NCBI GenBank assembly: GCA_965221595.1
Contig: OZ244900.1
Location: 2,159,736-2,223,735, forward strand
Length of the DNA: 64,000 bases
Source: Vicinamibacterales bacterium
GTDB lineage: Bacteria; Acidobacteriota; Vicinamibacteria; Vicinamibacterales; UBA8438
Direction: 5' to 3'
The notes under the pieces were generated by a model. It saw only the letters and a list, made by a program, of their open reading frames with translations. It made no database searches and was not told where the DNA came from. Below are positions 34,539-42,914 of this stretch, one piece after another; position 1 is the first letter of the stretch, and each line of letters opens with the position of its first letter. The position numbers and the translations under genes were made by a program.

Positions 34539-35390
34539 GTGGTGCCACAGGTCGTCGCCGGCGGCGTCGCGGTCGGTGACGGCCAGCCGCTCGCGCTCAT
34601 CGCGGGCCCCTGCGTGATCGAGAGCGAGGCTCACACCCTGGCCATGGCGCGGGCAATCCGCGCGTGCGCCGTGCGCTGCGGCTGCGGGTTAATCTTCAAG
34701 GCGTCGTTCGACAAGGCCAACCGCACTTCGATCCGTTCGTTTCGCGGTCCGGGCCTCGATTCGGGGCTCCGCATCCTGGCTCGGATCAAGGCGGAGTGCG
34801 GCCTGCCGATCCTGACGGACATTCACGAGCCGCAGCAGGCCGAGCCCGCAGCGCGCGTGGCCGACATCCTGCAGATTCCGGCGTACCTGTCCCGCCAGAC
34901 CGATCTGATCCTGGCCGCGGCGCGGACCGGGCGCGTGGTCAACGTCAAGAAGGGCCAGTTCCTCGCACCCGGCGACATGCGGCACATAGTCGAGAAGATC
35001 ACCTCGACCGGTCACGACCGGCTCATGCTCACCGAACGGGGCTCGTGCTTCGGGTACAACAACCTGGTGGTGGATATGCGCGCCCTCCCGATCCTGCGCG
35101 GCTTGGGGTACCCGGTCGTGTTCGATGCCACCCACAGCCTGCAGCTCCCGGGCGGAGGCGACGGGGCCACGGCGGGCCAGCCCGAGTTCATCGAGCCGCT
35201 CGCCGCCGCCGGCGTGGCCGCGGGGGCGGACGCCGTGTTCATGGAGGTGCACGACGCTCCCGCGACGGCGCTCAGCGACGGGGCGAACGCACTGCCGCAG
35301 GAGCGGCTCGAACCGCTTCTGCGGCGGCTGCTCGCACTGGACCGCGTCGCCCGCAGTACGCGGGCCACGCCGGACACGCCGGCACGATGA
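34539..35390 (+). CDS. kdsA: 2-dehydro-3-deoxyphosphooctonate aldolase (KDO-8-P synthase)
   Basis: [11 protein letters not shown]...[23 protein letters not shown]...K...G.PILTDIHE...[12 protein letters not shown]...NVKKGQF..P......[10 protein letters not shown]...[16 protein letters not shown] start at 34539 or 34542. Confidence 0.9.
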   Translation: MVPQVVAGGVAVGDGQPLALIAGPCVIESEAHTLAMARAIRACAVRCGCGLIFKASFDKANRTSIRSFRGPGLDSGLRILARIKAECGLPILTDIHEPQQAEPAARVADILQIPAYLSRQTDLILAAARTGRVVNVKKGQFLAPGDMRHIVEKITSTGHDRLMLTERGSCFGYNNLVVDMRALPILRGLGYPVVFDATHSLQLPGGGDGATAGQPEFIEPLAAAGVAAGADAVFMEVHDAPATALSDGANALPQERLEPLLRRLLALDRVARSTRATPDTPAR

Positions 35391-36367
35391 CAGGCAGCAC
35401 AGCGGCGGAGATCGACCTCGAACTCGCGCGCACGGTGCTGCGGACCGAGGCCGCTGCCGTACGGGCACTGAGCGAGCGCATCGACGGGCACTTCATCGAC
35501 GCCGTGCGGCTCCTCGTCGACTGCGGCGGGCGGGTCATCGTGACCGGCATGGGCAAGTCCGGCATCATCTCCCGCAAGATTGCCGCCACCCTGTCCAGCA
35601 CGGGCACGCCGGCCTACTTTCTGCATCCGGTGGAGGCGGTGCACGGAGACCTCGGCGTCATCCGCGACGACGACCTGGTGATCCTCCTGTCGCGGAGCGG
35701 CGAGACACCCGAGATTCTGCGCCTGCTCGAGACGCTGCGGCGCATCGGCGCGCGCCTCATCGCCATTACCGGGGCACCTGCGAGCACGCTGAGCCGCGCC
35801 GCCGACGTCGCCCTCGACTGCCGGGTCGACGCGGAAGCCTGTCCGCTGAACCTCGCCCCCACTGCCAGCACCACCGCGGCGCTGGCCCTCGGCGACGCCC
35901 TGGCGATGACGCTCATGGTACGGAAGGGGTTCGGCGCCAACGACTTCGCCGACCTGCACCCCGGCGGGCAGCTCGGCCGGCGCCTGCTGGGCGTCGACCG
36001 TCTGATGCACGCCGGCCGACAGATCCCGCGCGCAGCGCCCGACGCCCGGCTGCCCGAGGTCGTTGCGACGATGTCCGCCAAGGGCCTCGGCATGACCTGC
36101 GTGACGGCGGACGACGGCGCGCTGCTCGGCGTCATCACGGACGGTGACCTCCGCAGACACCTCTCCGCGCACCCCGATTTGATGACGCGCTCGGCAGCCG
36201 ACGTGATGACGCGGGACCCGATCACGATCCCGCTGTCGGCGCTGGCCGCCGAGGCCCTGAACATCCTGGAGGCACGGCGCGTCACGTCGCTGGTCGTCGT
36301 GGACGACGCACGCCGCGTCGCCGGCGTCGTGCACCTCCACGATCTGTGGCGGACCGAGCTGTTTTGA
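35387..36367 (+). CDS. kdsD: arabinose-5-phosphate isomerase (KpsF/GutQ family: SIS plus tandem CBS)
   Basis: [40 protein letters not shown]...SRSGET.E...[18 protein letters not shown]...GF...DFA..HPGG.LG, plus CBS pairs. The ATG overlaps the kdsA stop (ATGA). Confidence 0.9.
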   Translation: MTGSTAAEIDLELARTVLRTEAAAVRALSERIDGHFIDAVRLLVDCGGRVIVTGMGKSGIISRKIAATLSSTGTPAYFLHPVEAVHGDLGVIRDDDLVILLSRSGETPEILRLLETLRRIGARLIAITGAPASTLSRAADVALDCRVDAEACPLNLAPTASTTAALALGDALAMTLMVRKGFGANDFADLHPGGQLGRRLLGVDRLMHAGRQIPRAAPDARLPEVVATMSAKGLGMTCVTADDGALLGVITDGDLRRHLSAHPDLMTRSAADVMTRDPITIPLSALAAEALNILEARRVTSLVVVDDARRVAGVVHLHDLWRTELF

Positions 36368-36413
36368 GACGCCGCACCCCTCCCGCCGAGGTGGGTCAGC
36401 CGAGCTCAGTCCG

Positions 36414-37640
36414 ATGACCGAAACGCTCATCCTGCTTGCCGCGCTGGTGGCGCTCTTGATCGGGCTGACGGCCGGCAAGGCCTGGGAGCGGTACAAGCTT
36501 CGCGACGGTCGGTGGATCGACCGGCGCAAGGCGCGCGAGTCGGCCCACTACATTCTGGGATTGAACTTCCTCGTCTCCAATCAAATCGACCTGGCGATCG
36601 ACGAGCTCACCAAGGCCGCCTGGCTCGACGAGGAAGCCCTGGAGATTCACCTCATCCTGGGCAACCTGTACCGCGAGAAGGGACAGGTCAGCAAGGCCAT
36701 CCAGGTCCACCAGCGCCTGCTGCGCAAGCCGCGCCTGACGACCGCCGAGCACGCGCATGTCCTGCTGTGCCTCGGGCTGGACTTCAGGCGCGGAGGCTTC
36801 GTGGACCGCGCGTTCGAGACCTTCTCCGAGGTGGTGCGTCTCGACCCGGACAACAAGCATGCCCTGCTCAACCTCGAAAAGCTGCACGAGGAGCAGCACC
36901 AGTGGCGCGAAGCACAGGTGCTGCGGCAGCGCATGGCGGAAGCGGCAGCCGACGCCGAGAAGCCCCGGGACCAGGCCATTCTCGCCTTCCTGGAAAACGA
37001 GCTCGGCCTGCAGGCCATGCGGGACGGGCAGCCCGAGCAGGCGGTCAGGCACTTCGAGGCAGCCACCCGGCTGGACGAGCGGACCGTCCCCGCCTATCTC
37101 AACATGGGTGACGTCCGACTGGCCCAGGGCCAGCCGCAAGCGGCCGTCGAGATGTGGGAGACAATCATCCAGGTGGCGCCGGAGCGGGCCTATCTCGCCT
37201 TCTCGCGGCTGGCGAGCGCGTACGCGGACCTGGGTCTGCCGTCCCGCTTCCTCGACCTCTGCCGGCGGCTCATCGAGGCCAATCCGCAGGACTGGCGGGC
37301 ACGGCTCGCACTAGGCCAGCACGTCGCCGCGCACGGGGAGCCCGCGCGCGCTCTGGACCTGCTCTTCGAGTCGCTCGTCCACAACCCGCACGCCCTGGCC
37401 ATTCACCAGGCGATCTGGCGAGCGCTCACGGCGCTGAACCTCAACGAGACGCTGGTCGGACGCTATGTCGCCTTGACCCGGGAAGCCGTCTTCTACCTCG
37501 ACCCGCACGTCTGCATGCGGTGCCGCTATCGCAGCACGGAGCTGCTCTGGCAGTGCCCCCAGTGCCATGAATGGAATACCTTCGTCGAAGAGCGGATCGC
37601 CCCGGCGGAAGACGGCGAAGAGACGCCGGCGGAGGCTTGA
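36414..37640 (+). CDS. lapB: lipopolysaccharide assembly protein B (TPR plus C-terminal rubredoxin-type zinc finger)
   Basis: N-terminal TM (LILLAALVALLIGLTAGKAW), then TPR units, then the C-terminal CMRCRYRSTELLWQCPQCHEWNTF. Confidence 0.9.
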   Translation: MTETLILLAALVALLIGLTAGKAWERYKLRDGRWIDRRKARESAHYILGLNFLVSNQIDLAIDELTKAAWLDEEALEIHLILGNLYREKGQVSKAIQVHQRLLRKPRLTTAEHAHVLLCLGLDFRRGGFVDRAFETFSEVVRLDPDNKHALLNLEKLHEEQHQWREAQVLRQRMAEAAADAEKPRDQAILAFLENELGLQAMRDGQPEQAVRHFEAATRLDERTVPAYLNMGDVRLAQGQPQAAVEMWETIIQVAPERAYLAFSRLASAYADLGLPSRFLDLCRRLIEANPQDWRARLALGQHVAAHGEPARALDLLFESLVHNPHALAIHQAIWRALTALNLNETLVGRYVALTREAVFYLDPHVCMRCRYRSTELLWQCPQCHEWNTFVEERIAPAEDGEETPAEA

Positions 37641-37667
37641 CAGCCTGCCCGGACCGCGGCCCAAGCG

Positions 37668-38273
37668 ATGCTGAGGGTGGCACTGACCGGCGGCATCGCC
37701 ACCGGCAAGTCCGTCGTCCTGGCCCGCTTCGCCGCGCGGGGTGTTCCCACCATCGACGCCGACCGCCTCGCCCGCGAGGTCGTCCAGCCCGGGCGTCCAG
37801 CCTGGACCGCGCTCAGGGCCCGCTTCGATCCCGCACTGTTCACCCCCGACGGCGGTGTCGACCGCCCGCGGCTGGCTGCCCTGGTATTCGACGACGCGGC
37901 CGCCCGCGCCGACCTCGAGGCGATCGTGCACCCGCCGGTCCGGGCGGCAATCGACGAGTGGTTCGAACGCCTGGCGGCAGCCTCCACCTCGCCGTTCGGT
38001 ATCGCCGACATCCCACTGCTCTTCGAAACGGAGCGGACGGGAGAGTTCGACCGGATCATCGTCACCGCGTGCGATGCCGCGACCCAGCTCACCCGGCTCG
38101 CGCGACGCGACCGGCTCGCGCCGGAGGCGGGTCGCAAGCGTCTGGCGGCACAGTTGCCGACCGCCGTCAAGGTGGACCGCGCCGACTTCGTCGTGCAGAC
38201 GGGCGGCTCGTTCGACGAGACCGACCGGCAGGTGGCATCCATCTGCCGCGCGTTGACCGCGCAGGCCGGCTGA
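37668..38273 (+). CDS. coaE: dephospho-CoA kinase
   Basis: MLRVALTGGIATGKSVV...IDADRLAREVV.PG......IVHP.V... Confidence 0.9.
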   Translation: MLRVALTGGIATGKSVVLARFAARGVPTIDADRLAREVVQPGRPAWTALRARFDPALFTPDGGVDRPRLAALVFDDAAARADLEAIVHPPVRAAIDEWFERLAAASTSPFGIADIPLLFETERTGEFDRIIVTACDAATQLTRLARRDRLAPEAGRKRLAAQLPTAVKVDRADFVVQTGGSFDETDRQVASICRALTAQAG

Positions 38274-38340
38274 CAGGTCGGCGGACAGGACGGTCTCCCG
38301 ACCCGCCGCCGCGCTACCCCGCGGGCGAACGCCGGGAGGT

Positions 38341-38357
38341 GCGGGGCGCAGCCCCGC
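38341..38357. terminator. GC-rich hairpin between convergent coaE and folD (no U-tract)
   Basis: GCGGGGC-GCA-GCCCCGC: a 7-bp stem ending 5 nt before the folD stop codon. Confidence 0.3.
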
Positions 38358-38362
38358 CCGAT

Positions 38363-39304
38363 TCACGCCAGGCGCTTCTCGGCTGCCCGGACCGTGTTGG
38401 ACAGGAGCATCGCGATGGTCAGCGGGCCTACTCCGCCCGGCACCGGCGTCAACGCGCCGGCAACGGTCGCGACATCCGGGTGCACGTCCCCCGTCACGAC
38501 GGAGCCCCGCTTGTGAAACGCCGCCAGCTTGCGTGATCCCGCGCCGAACAACGCTTCTATCCGCGCACCGTCCGTGAGCCGGTTCATCCCGACGTCGATC
38601 ACCGTGGCGCCCGGCTTCACGAAGTCGCGCGTAACGAACGCGGCCCGGCCGATAGCGGCCACGAGGATGTCCGCCGACGCGGCCACAGCCGGCAGGTCGG
38701 CGGTGCGCGAGTGGCAGATGGTCACGGTAGCGTTGCGGTGCAGCAGAAGCATTGCCAGCGGTTTGCCGACGATATCGCTGCGCCCGATGACCACCGCCCG
38801 GGTGCCGGCAATCTCGATCTGCTCGCGGTCGAGCAGCTCGATGATGCCGGACGGCGTGCAGGGGGCCAGCGCCGGCCGTTTCTGCACCAGACGGCCCACG
38901 TTCGCCGGCGTGAATCCGTCGACGTCCTTGGCGGCGGCGATGGCGTCGAAGACGCGCTGCGCGGCGTCGGCGCCCATGCCTGCCGGCAGCGGCGATTGCA
39001 CGAGGATGCCGTCGTGCGTGTCGCTTGCGTTGAACTCCGCGACGACGGCCAGCGCATCCTTCAGCGACGCGGAGTCGGGCAGCCGCCGGAGGTCGCTGTC
39101 CATGCCCAACTGCTCGCTGTTTCGGATCTTGTTGCGGACGTAGATCTCCGAGCCCGGATCGTTGCCGGCGAGCAGAATGCCGAGCCGGGGGGGGCGTCCC
39201 GCGCGCCCTGTGAACGACTCGATTCGCGGCCGGAGTCCCTCGCGGATCTCGGTTGCGGCTGCGGAACCGTCGAGCAGGCGGGCAGTTGTCTGTGATACGG
39301 TCAC
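38363..39304 (-). CDS. folD: bifunctional methylenetetrahydrofolate dehydrogenase/methenyl-THF cyclohydrolase
   Basis: LLDGSAAATEIRE...LGILLAGNDPGSEIYVRNK...GILVQSPLP...VVIGRSDIVGKPLA.LL...ATVT.CHS.T.....PGGVGP.T. GTG start at 39304 with GAGGAA upstream. Confidence 0.95.
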   Translation of the reverse strand: MTVSQTTARLLDGSAAATEIREGLRPRIESFTGRAGRPPRLGILLAGNDPGSEIYVRNKIRNSEQLGMDSDLRRLPDSASLKDALAVVAEFNASDTHDGILVQSPLPAGMGADAAQRVFDAIAAAKDVDGFTPANVGRLVQKRPALAPCTPSGIIELLDREQIEIAGTRAVVIGRSDIVGKPLAMLLLHRNATVTICHSRTADLPAVAASADILVAAIGRAAFVTRDFVKPGATVIDVGMNRLTDGARIEALFGAGSRKLAAFHKRGSVVTGDVHPDVATVAGALTPVPGGVGPLTIAMLLSNTVRAAEKRLA

Positions 39305-39401
39305 GCTCTTCCTCAGTGTCGTGCTGTCTCGTCCTGCCTTGTGCCGGCTGTGCGCGGCGTTGTCAGGATCGCGTTCCGTGGCGACGCGGGGTTCTCATCA
39401 G

Positions 39402-39434
39402 GGGCTGCCGGCAGCCCGCCTGCGCAACATTCTA
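39402..39434. promoter_or_regulatory. 16-bp perfect palindrome plus a minus-strand TAGAAT (-10 candidate for folD)
   Basis: GGGCTGCCGGCAGCCC at 39402-39417. ATTCTA at 39429-39434 reads TAGAAT on the folD strand. Confidence 0.3.
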
Positions 39435-39488
39435 TCCGCTGGCTGCCGCCCGCGGCACGCCGACCCGCCGGCTGTCGAACCGCGCGTT

Positions 39489-39516
39489 TCGGCTGGCAGC
39501 CGACTTTCGGTAGAAT
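39489..39516 (+). promoter_or_regulatory. 15-bp palindrome overlapping the -35 region, plus a TAGAAT -10 candidate for the NSS transporter gene
   Basis: TCGGCTG-G-CAGCCGA at 39489-39503. TAGAAT at 39511-39516, only 9 nt before ATG 39526. Confidence 0.35.
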
Positions 39517-39525
39517 GCAGCCGTC

Positions 39526-40887
39526 ATGTCTGACCGGGGCAGTTGGGGCACACGTGCGGGATTCATACTGGCTGCCGCCGGCTCGGCGGTCGGTCTGGGC
39601 AACATCTGGGGCTTTCCGACCCGTGTGGGACAGGGCGGCGGCGCGGCGTTCGTGCTCGTCTATCTGACCTGCATCGCGCTCATCTGCCTGCCGATCCTGG
39701 TCGCCGAGATCGCGATCGGGCGCCGCACGCAGCAGTCTCCCGTCCGCGCGTTCGCCTTGCTGCAGCCCCCCGGTTCGCGCTGGTGGCTCGTGGGCGGCCT
39801 GGGCGTCGCGGCCGGGGCGGGCATTCTCGCCTTCTACTGCGTCATCGCCGGCTGGACCGTCGCCTATGCGTGGTTCAGCCTGAGCGGCGGTCTGGCCACG
39901 GATCCACAGGCGGCCGGGGTGTTCTTCGCCGACTTCACCGCCGATGGGTCCGCCAGCCTCCTGCTGGCGCTGCTCGTCCTGGCCGTGACGGCGGCCGTCC
40001 TGCTCGGCGGCATCCGGTCGGGCATCGAGCGGGTCACCAAGGCCCTCATGCCGGCGCTCATCGGCCTGCTGGTCCTGCTCGCCGTGCGGGCGGTTACCCT
40101 GCCGGGCGCCGCGGAGGGCCTCGGCTATTACCTCCGGCCGAACCTGTCCAGCCTGCTCGACGCATCGGTCTACAACGCGGCGCTGGGCCAGGCGTTCTTC
40201 TCGCTCAGCCTCGGCATGGGCTGCATCCTCACGTACGGCAGCTATCTGACCAGGCAGACAGGTATCGCGGCGTCGGCGCTGTGGATCGTGGCCCTCGACA
40301 CCGGGATCGCCCTGTTGGCCGGCTTCATCATCTTCCCGGCCGGTTTCTCGCTGGCGGGGTTCGACCCCAACAGCAGCGGGCCGGAGCTGATCTTCGTCGT
40401 GCTGCCCCAGTTGTTTGCCACCCTGCCCGGCGGCGGCCTGTTCGGCGCCGCCTTCTTCCTGCTGCTGGCGACGGCGGCGCTGACTTCCGCGATCTCGCTG
40501 CTCGAGGTGCCCGTGGCGCATTTCGTCGACTCGCGCGGCTGGTCGCGGCGGCGCGCCGTCGGCACGGTGACGCTGGGCATCTTCGCCATGGCGATTCCGT
40601 GCGCGCTCGGCAACGGCGCCGTGCCGCTGTTCACCAGCCTGCCGGGGCTCGGCATCGACTTCCTGTCGCTGATGATCACCGTCTGGAACGACTTCGCGCT
40701 GCCGATCGGGGGCTTCTTCACGGCGCTGTTCGTCGGACGCGTCTGGGGGGTCGATCGGGCCCTCGAAGAGCTGCGCCGCGACGGCGCCTGGCTGCCCGCC
40801 GGCGGCGCCTGGGCGCAGCTCATCCGCTGGGCCTGCCCCGTCGCCATCGGCCTGATCATCGGCTGGACCCTCTACGCCATGTTCTGA
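39526..40887 (+). CDS. sodium-dependent transporter, neurotransmitter:sodium symporter (NSS/SNF) family
   Basis: WGTRAGFILAAAGSAVGLGNIWGFPTRVGQGGGAAFVLVYL...LPILVAEIAIGR is the NSS signature. Confidence 0.9.
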   Translation: MSDRGSWGTRAGFILAAAGSAVGLGNIWGFPTRVGQGGGAAFVLVYLTCIALICLPILVAEIAIGRRTQQSPVRAFALLQPPGSRWWLVGGLGVAAGAGILAFYCVIAGWTVAYAWFSLSGGLATDPQAAGVFFADFTADGSASLLLALLVLAVTAAVLLGGIRSGIERVTKALMPALIGLLVLLAVRAVTLPGAAEGLGYYLRPNLSSLLDASVYNAALGQAFFSLSLGMGCILTYGSYLTRQTGIAASALWIVALDTGIALLAGFIIFPAGFSLAGFDPNSSGPELIFVVLPQLFATLPGGGLFGAAFFLLLATAALTSAISLLEVPVAHFVDSRGWSRRRAVGTVTLGIFAMAIPCALGNGAVPLFTSLPGLGIDFLSLMITVWNDFALPIGGFFTALFVGRVWGVDRALEELRRDGAWLPAGGAWAQLIRWACPVAIGLIIGWTLYAMF

Positions 40888-40971
40888 TCTTCCGCACGAG
40901 GCGGGGCTGCCCTGAACACGCTCACCGAACGCATACAGACGGTCGACAGCTTCGTCTGGCAGCCCTTCGCG

Positions 40972-42312
40972 ATGCCGCTCGTGCTGGTCGTCGTGGGCGG
41001 CTTGGTGACGCTCGCCACCGGGCTCGTGCAGGTCCGCCGGTTCCCGCTGGCCGTCCGCTTCGTCATGGCGGGAGCGTTCCGCAGGCGGACGGACCAGGGC
41101 GAGGGCACGATAACCCCGTTCCAGGCGCTCTCGACGGCCCTGGCCTCGACCGTCGGCAACGGCAACATCGGCGGCGTGGCGACCGCGATAGTAATCGGCG
41201 GCCCCGGCGCCGTGGCCTGGATGTGGGTGACCGCAACCGTCGGCATGGCCACGAAGTACGCCGAGGCCGTGCTGGGCGTGCACTACCGCGTGCGCCGCGA
41301 CACCGGCGAACTGGCCAGCGGCCCCATGTACTACATAACCGGCGGGATCGCCGCGCCGCTGCCGGCAAAGAGTCTCGGCTACGCCTTCGCGTTCTTCGGC
41401 GCCTGTGCCGCGCTGCTGGGCACCGGCAACATGGCGCAGTCGAATACCGTGGCCCGGACGTTCGTCGAGGCGGCCCGCACGATTGCCGGCATCGAGGTCC
41501 ACCCCATCGTTCCGGGCCTGCTCATCATGGTGACGGTCGGGCTGGTGCTGCTCGGCGGAATACGGCGGATCGCGGCCGTCGCCGAGCGGCTCGTGCCGAC
41601 GATGATCCTGCTCTACGTGGCCACCACGCTCGCCTTCCTGGTCATCCATATCGATCGCGTCCCGGAGATATTCGGGCTGATCGTCGGCAGCGCGTTCGCG
41701 CCGACGGCGGCGCTGGGCGGCTTCGTGGGCGCCTCGGTGTCGCAGGCCATCTCCGCCGGCGTGAGCCGCGGCGTGCTCTCGAACGAAGCCGGTCTGGGCA
41801 GCGCTCCCATCGCGCATGGCATCGCCCGGGTGCGACACCCGGCCGAGCAGGGAGTCGTCGGCATCTTCGAGGTCTTCGTCGACACGATCGTGCTCTGCTC
41901 GCTGACGGCGTTCGTCATACTCGCGTCGGGCCTGTGGACGGAGCCTGCCTACCAGAACGCCAGCGGCGACCTGACGGCCGCGGCGTTGTCCACTGCCGTG
42001 CCGCTGGCGTCGCTGCTCGTGGCCGCCTGCTCGTTCCTCTTCGGCTTCTCGACGCTCCTCGGATGGTGCTACTACGGCGAGAAGTGCATGGAGTTCATGT
42101 TCGGTTCACGCGTAATCAGGCCATACCGGGCCGTGTTCACCGCGCTCATTCTGGTCGGTGCCGTGGCCTCGGTCCCGCTCGCCTGGGCGGTCGGCACGCT
42201 GCTGAACGGCTTCATGGCCTTCCCGAACCTGATCGGGCTGCTGATGCTGGTGGGCACTGTCCGCAAGCTGACGCTGGACTACTTCGGCGGGGCCGCCAGC
42301 AGGGCGACGTAG
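40972..42312 (+). CDS. alanine/glycine:cation symporter (AGCS family)
   Basis: ITPFQALSTALASTVGNGNIGGVATAIVIGGPGAVAWMW..A.VGMATKYAE..L....R......GGPMYYI is the AGCS signature. The first canonical start is ATG 40972, but family-like N-terminal sequence continues upstream to CTG 40912 (see findings). Confidence 0.85.
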   Translation: MPLVLVVVGGLVTLATGLVQVRRFPLAVRFVMAGAFRRRTDQGEGTITPFQALSTALASTVGNGNIGGVATAIVIGGPGAVAWMWVTATVGMATKYAEAVLGVHYRVRRDTGELASGPMYYITGGIAAPLPAKSLGYAFAFFGACAALLGTGNMAQSNTVARTFVEAARTIAGIEVHPIVPGLLIMVTVGLVLLGGIRRIAAVAERLVPTMILLYVATTLAFLVIHIDRVPEIFGLIVGSAFAPTAALGGFVGASVSQAISAGVSRGVLSNEAGLGSAPIAHGIARVRHPAEQGVVGIFEVFVDTIVLCSLTAFVILASGLWTEPAYQNASGDLTAAALSTAVPLASLLVAACSFLFGFSTLLGWCYYGEKCMEFMFGSRVIRPYRAVFTALILVGAVASVPLAWAVGTLLNGFMAFPNLIGLLMLVGTVRKLTLDYFGGAASRAT

Positions 42313-42914
42313 GCGGCAACGCGGCGGGCCGGGTCCCCGCCGCGCAGCAGATCCGAGATGACGGCGACAGCCGACGCGCCGGCGGCCGTCACCGCACCCG
42401 CCCGCTCCAGGGTGATGCCGCCGATGGCGACGACCGGCCGCCGCTGCACGCGTGCCGCCTGGCGCACGAGTTCGAGACCGACCCGCGCGTACCCCGTCTG
42501 CTTGGTCGACGTGCGATAGACCGGCCCGACCGCCACATAGGTCACGCCGTCGCGCGGCAATCGATCCACCTCGCCGACCGCATGCGTCGACACGCCGACG
42601 ATGGCCGCGCGCGGCAGCACGCGGCGCACCGCCTCCGGGTGCAGATCGGTCTGGCCCACGTGGACACCGTCAGCGTCAGCGAGCAGCGCGATGTCGGCCC
42701 GGTCGTTCACCACGACCCGCGCCCCACAGCGCCGGGCGGCTGCGACGATCTCGTCGCACCAGGCCAGCATCCGGCCACTCCCGGCGTCCGCGACACGCAG
42801 TTGCAGCCAACGCGCACCACCCTCCAGGCAGGCCCGCGCCAGCGCGGGTGGCTGCCAGCCATGCCGCTCGGCAGTCCGCTGGTCGACGATGGCGCACAGG
42901 CGCGGCAGAATCAT
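42279..42914 (-). CDS. thiE: thiamine-phosphate synthase
   Basis: The C-terminal part of track ORF 42279-43568 reads MILPRLCAIVDQ...LQLRV......VVVNDRADIALLADADGVHVGQTDL...IVGVSTH......YVAVGPVYRTSTK......AIGGIT. The ATG at 42914 overlaps the accC stop (ATGA). Confidence 0.9.
   Translation of the reverse strand: MILPRLCAIVDQRTAERHGWQPPALARACLEGGARWLQLRVADAGSGRMLAWCDEIVAAARRCGARVVVNDRADIALLADADGVHVGQTDLHPEAVRRVLPRAAIVGVSTHAVGEVDRLPRDGVTYVAVGPVYRTSTKQTGYARVGLELVRQAARVQRRPVVAIGGITLERAGAVTAAGASAVAVISDLLRGGDPARRVAAYVALLAAPPK

Noticed and set aside
39305-39525. Riboswitch upstream of folD (ZTP/THF) or of the Na+:amino-acid symporters (glycine)
   Set aside because: I found no ACCGAAGG/GGAGAG glycine-aptamer cores and no ZTP-type GGGTCGTG...CCGCCTGGGC elements on either strand. 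I found only palindromes and -10-like boxes.
40885-40887. TGA between the two transporter genes as a selenocysteine or programmed read-through site
   Set aside because: No SECIS-like hairpin follows immediately, and nothing suggests a functional need for a fused 900-aa double transporter. An alternative (CTG) or downstream (ATG) start is a simpler explanation. It is kept only as a minor option in the related finding.
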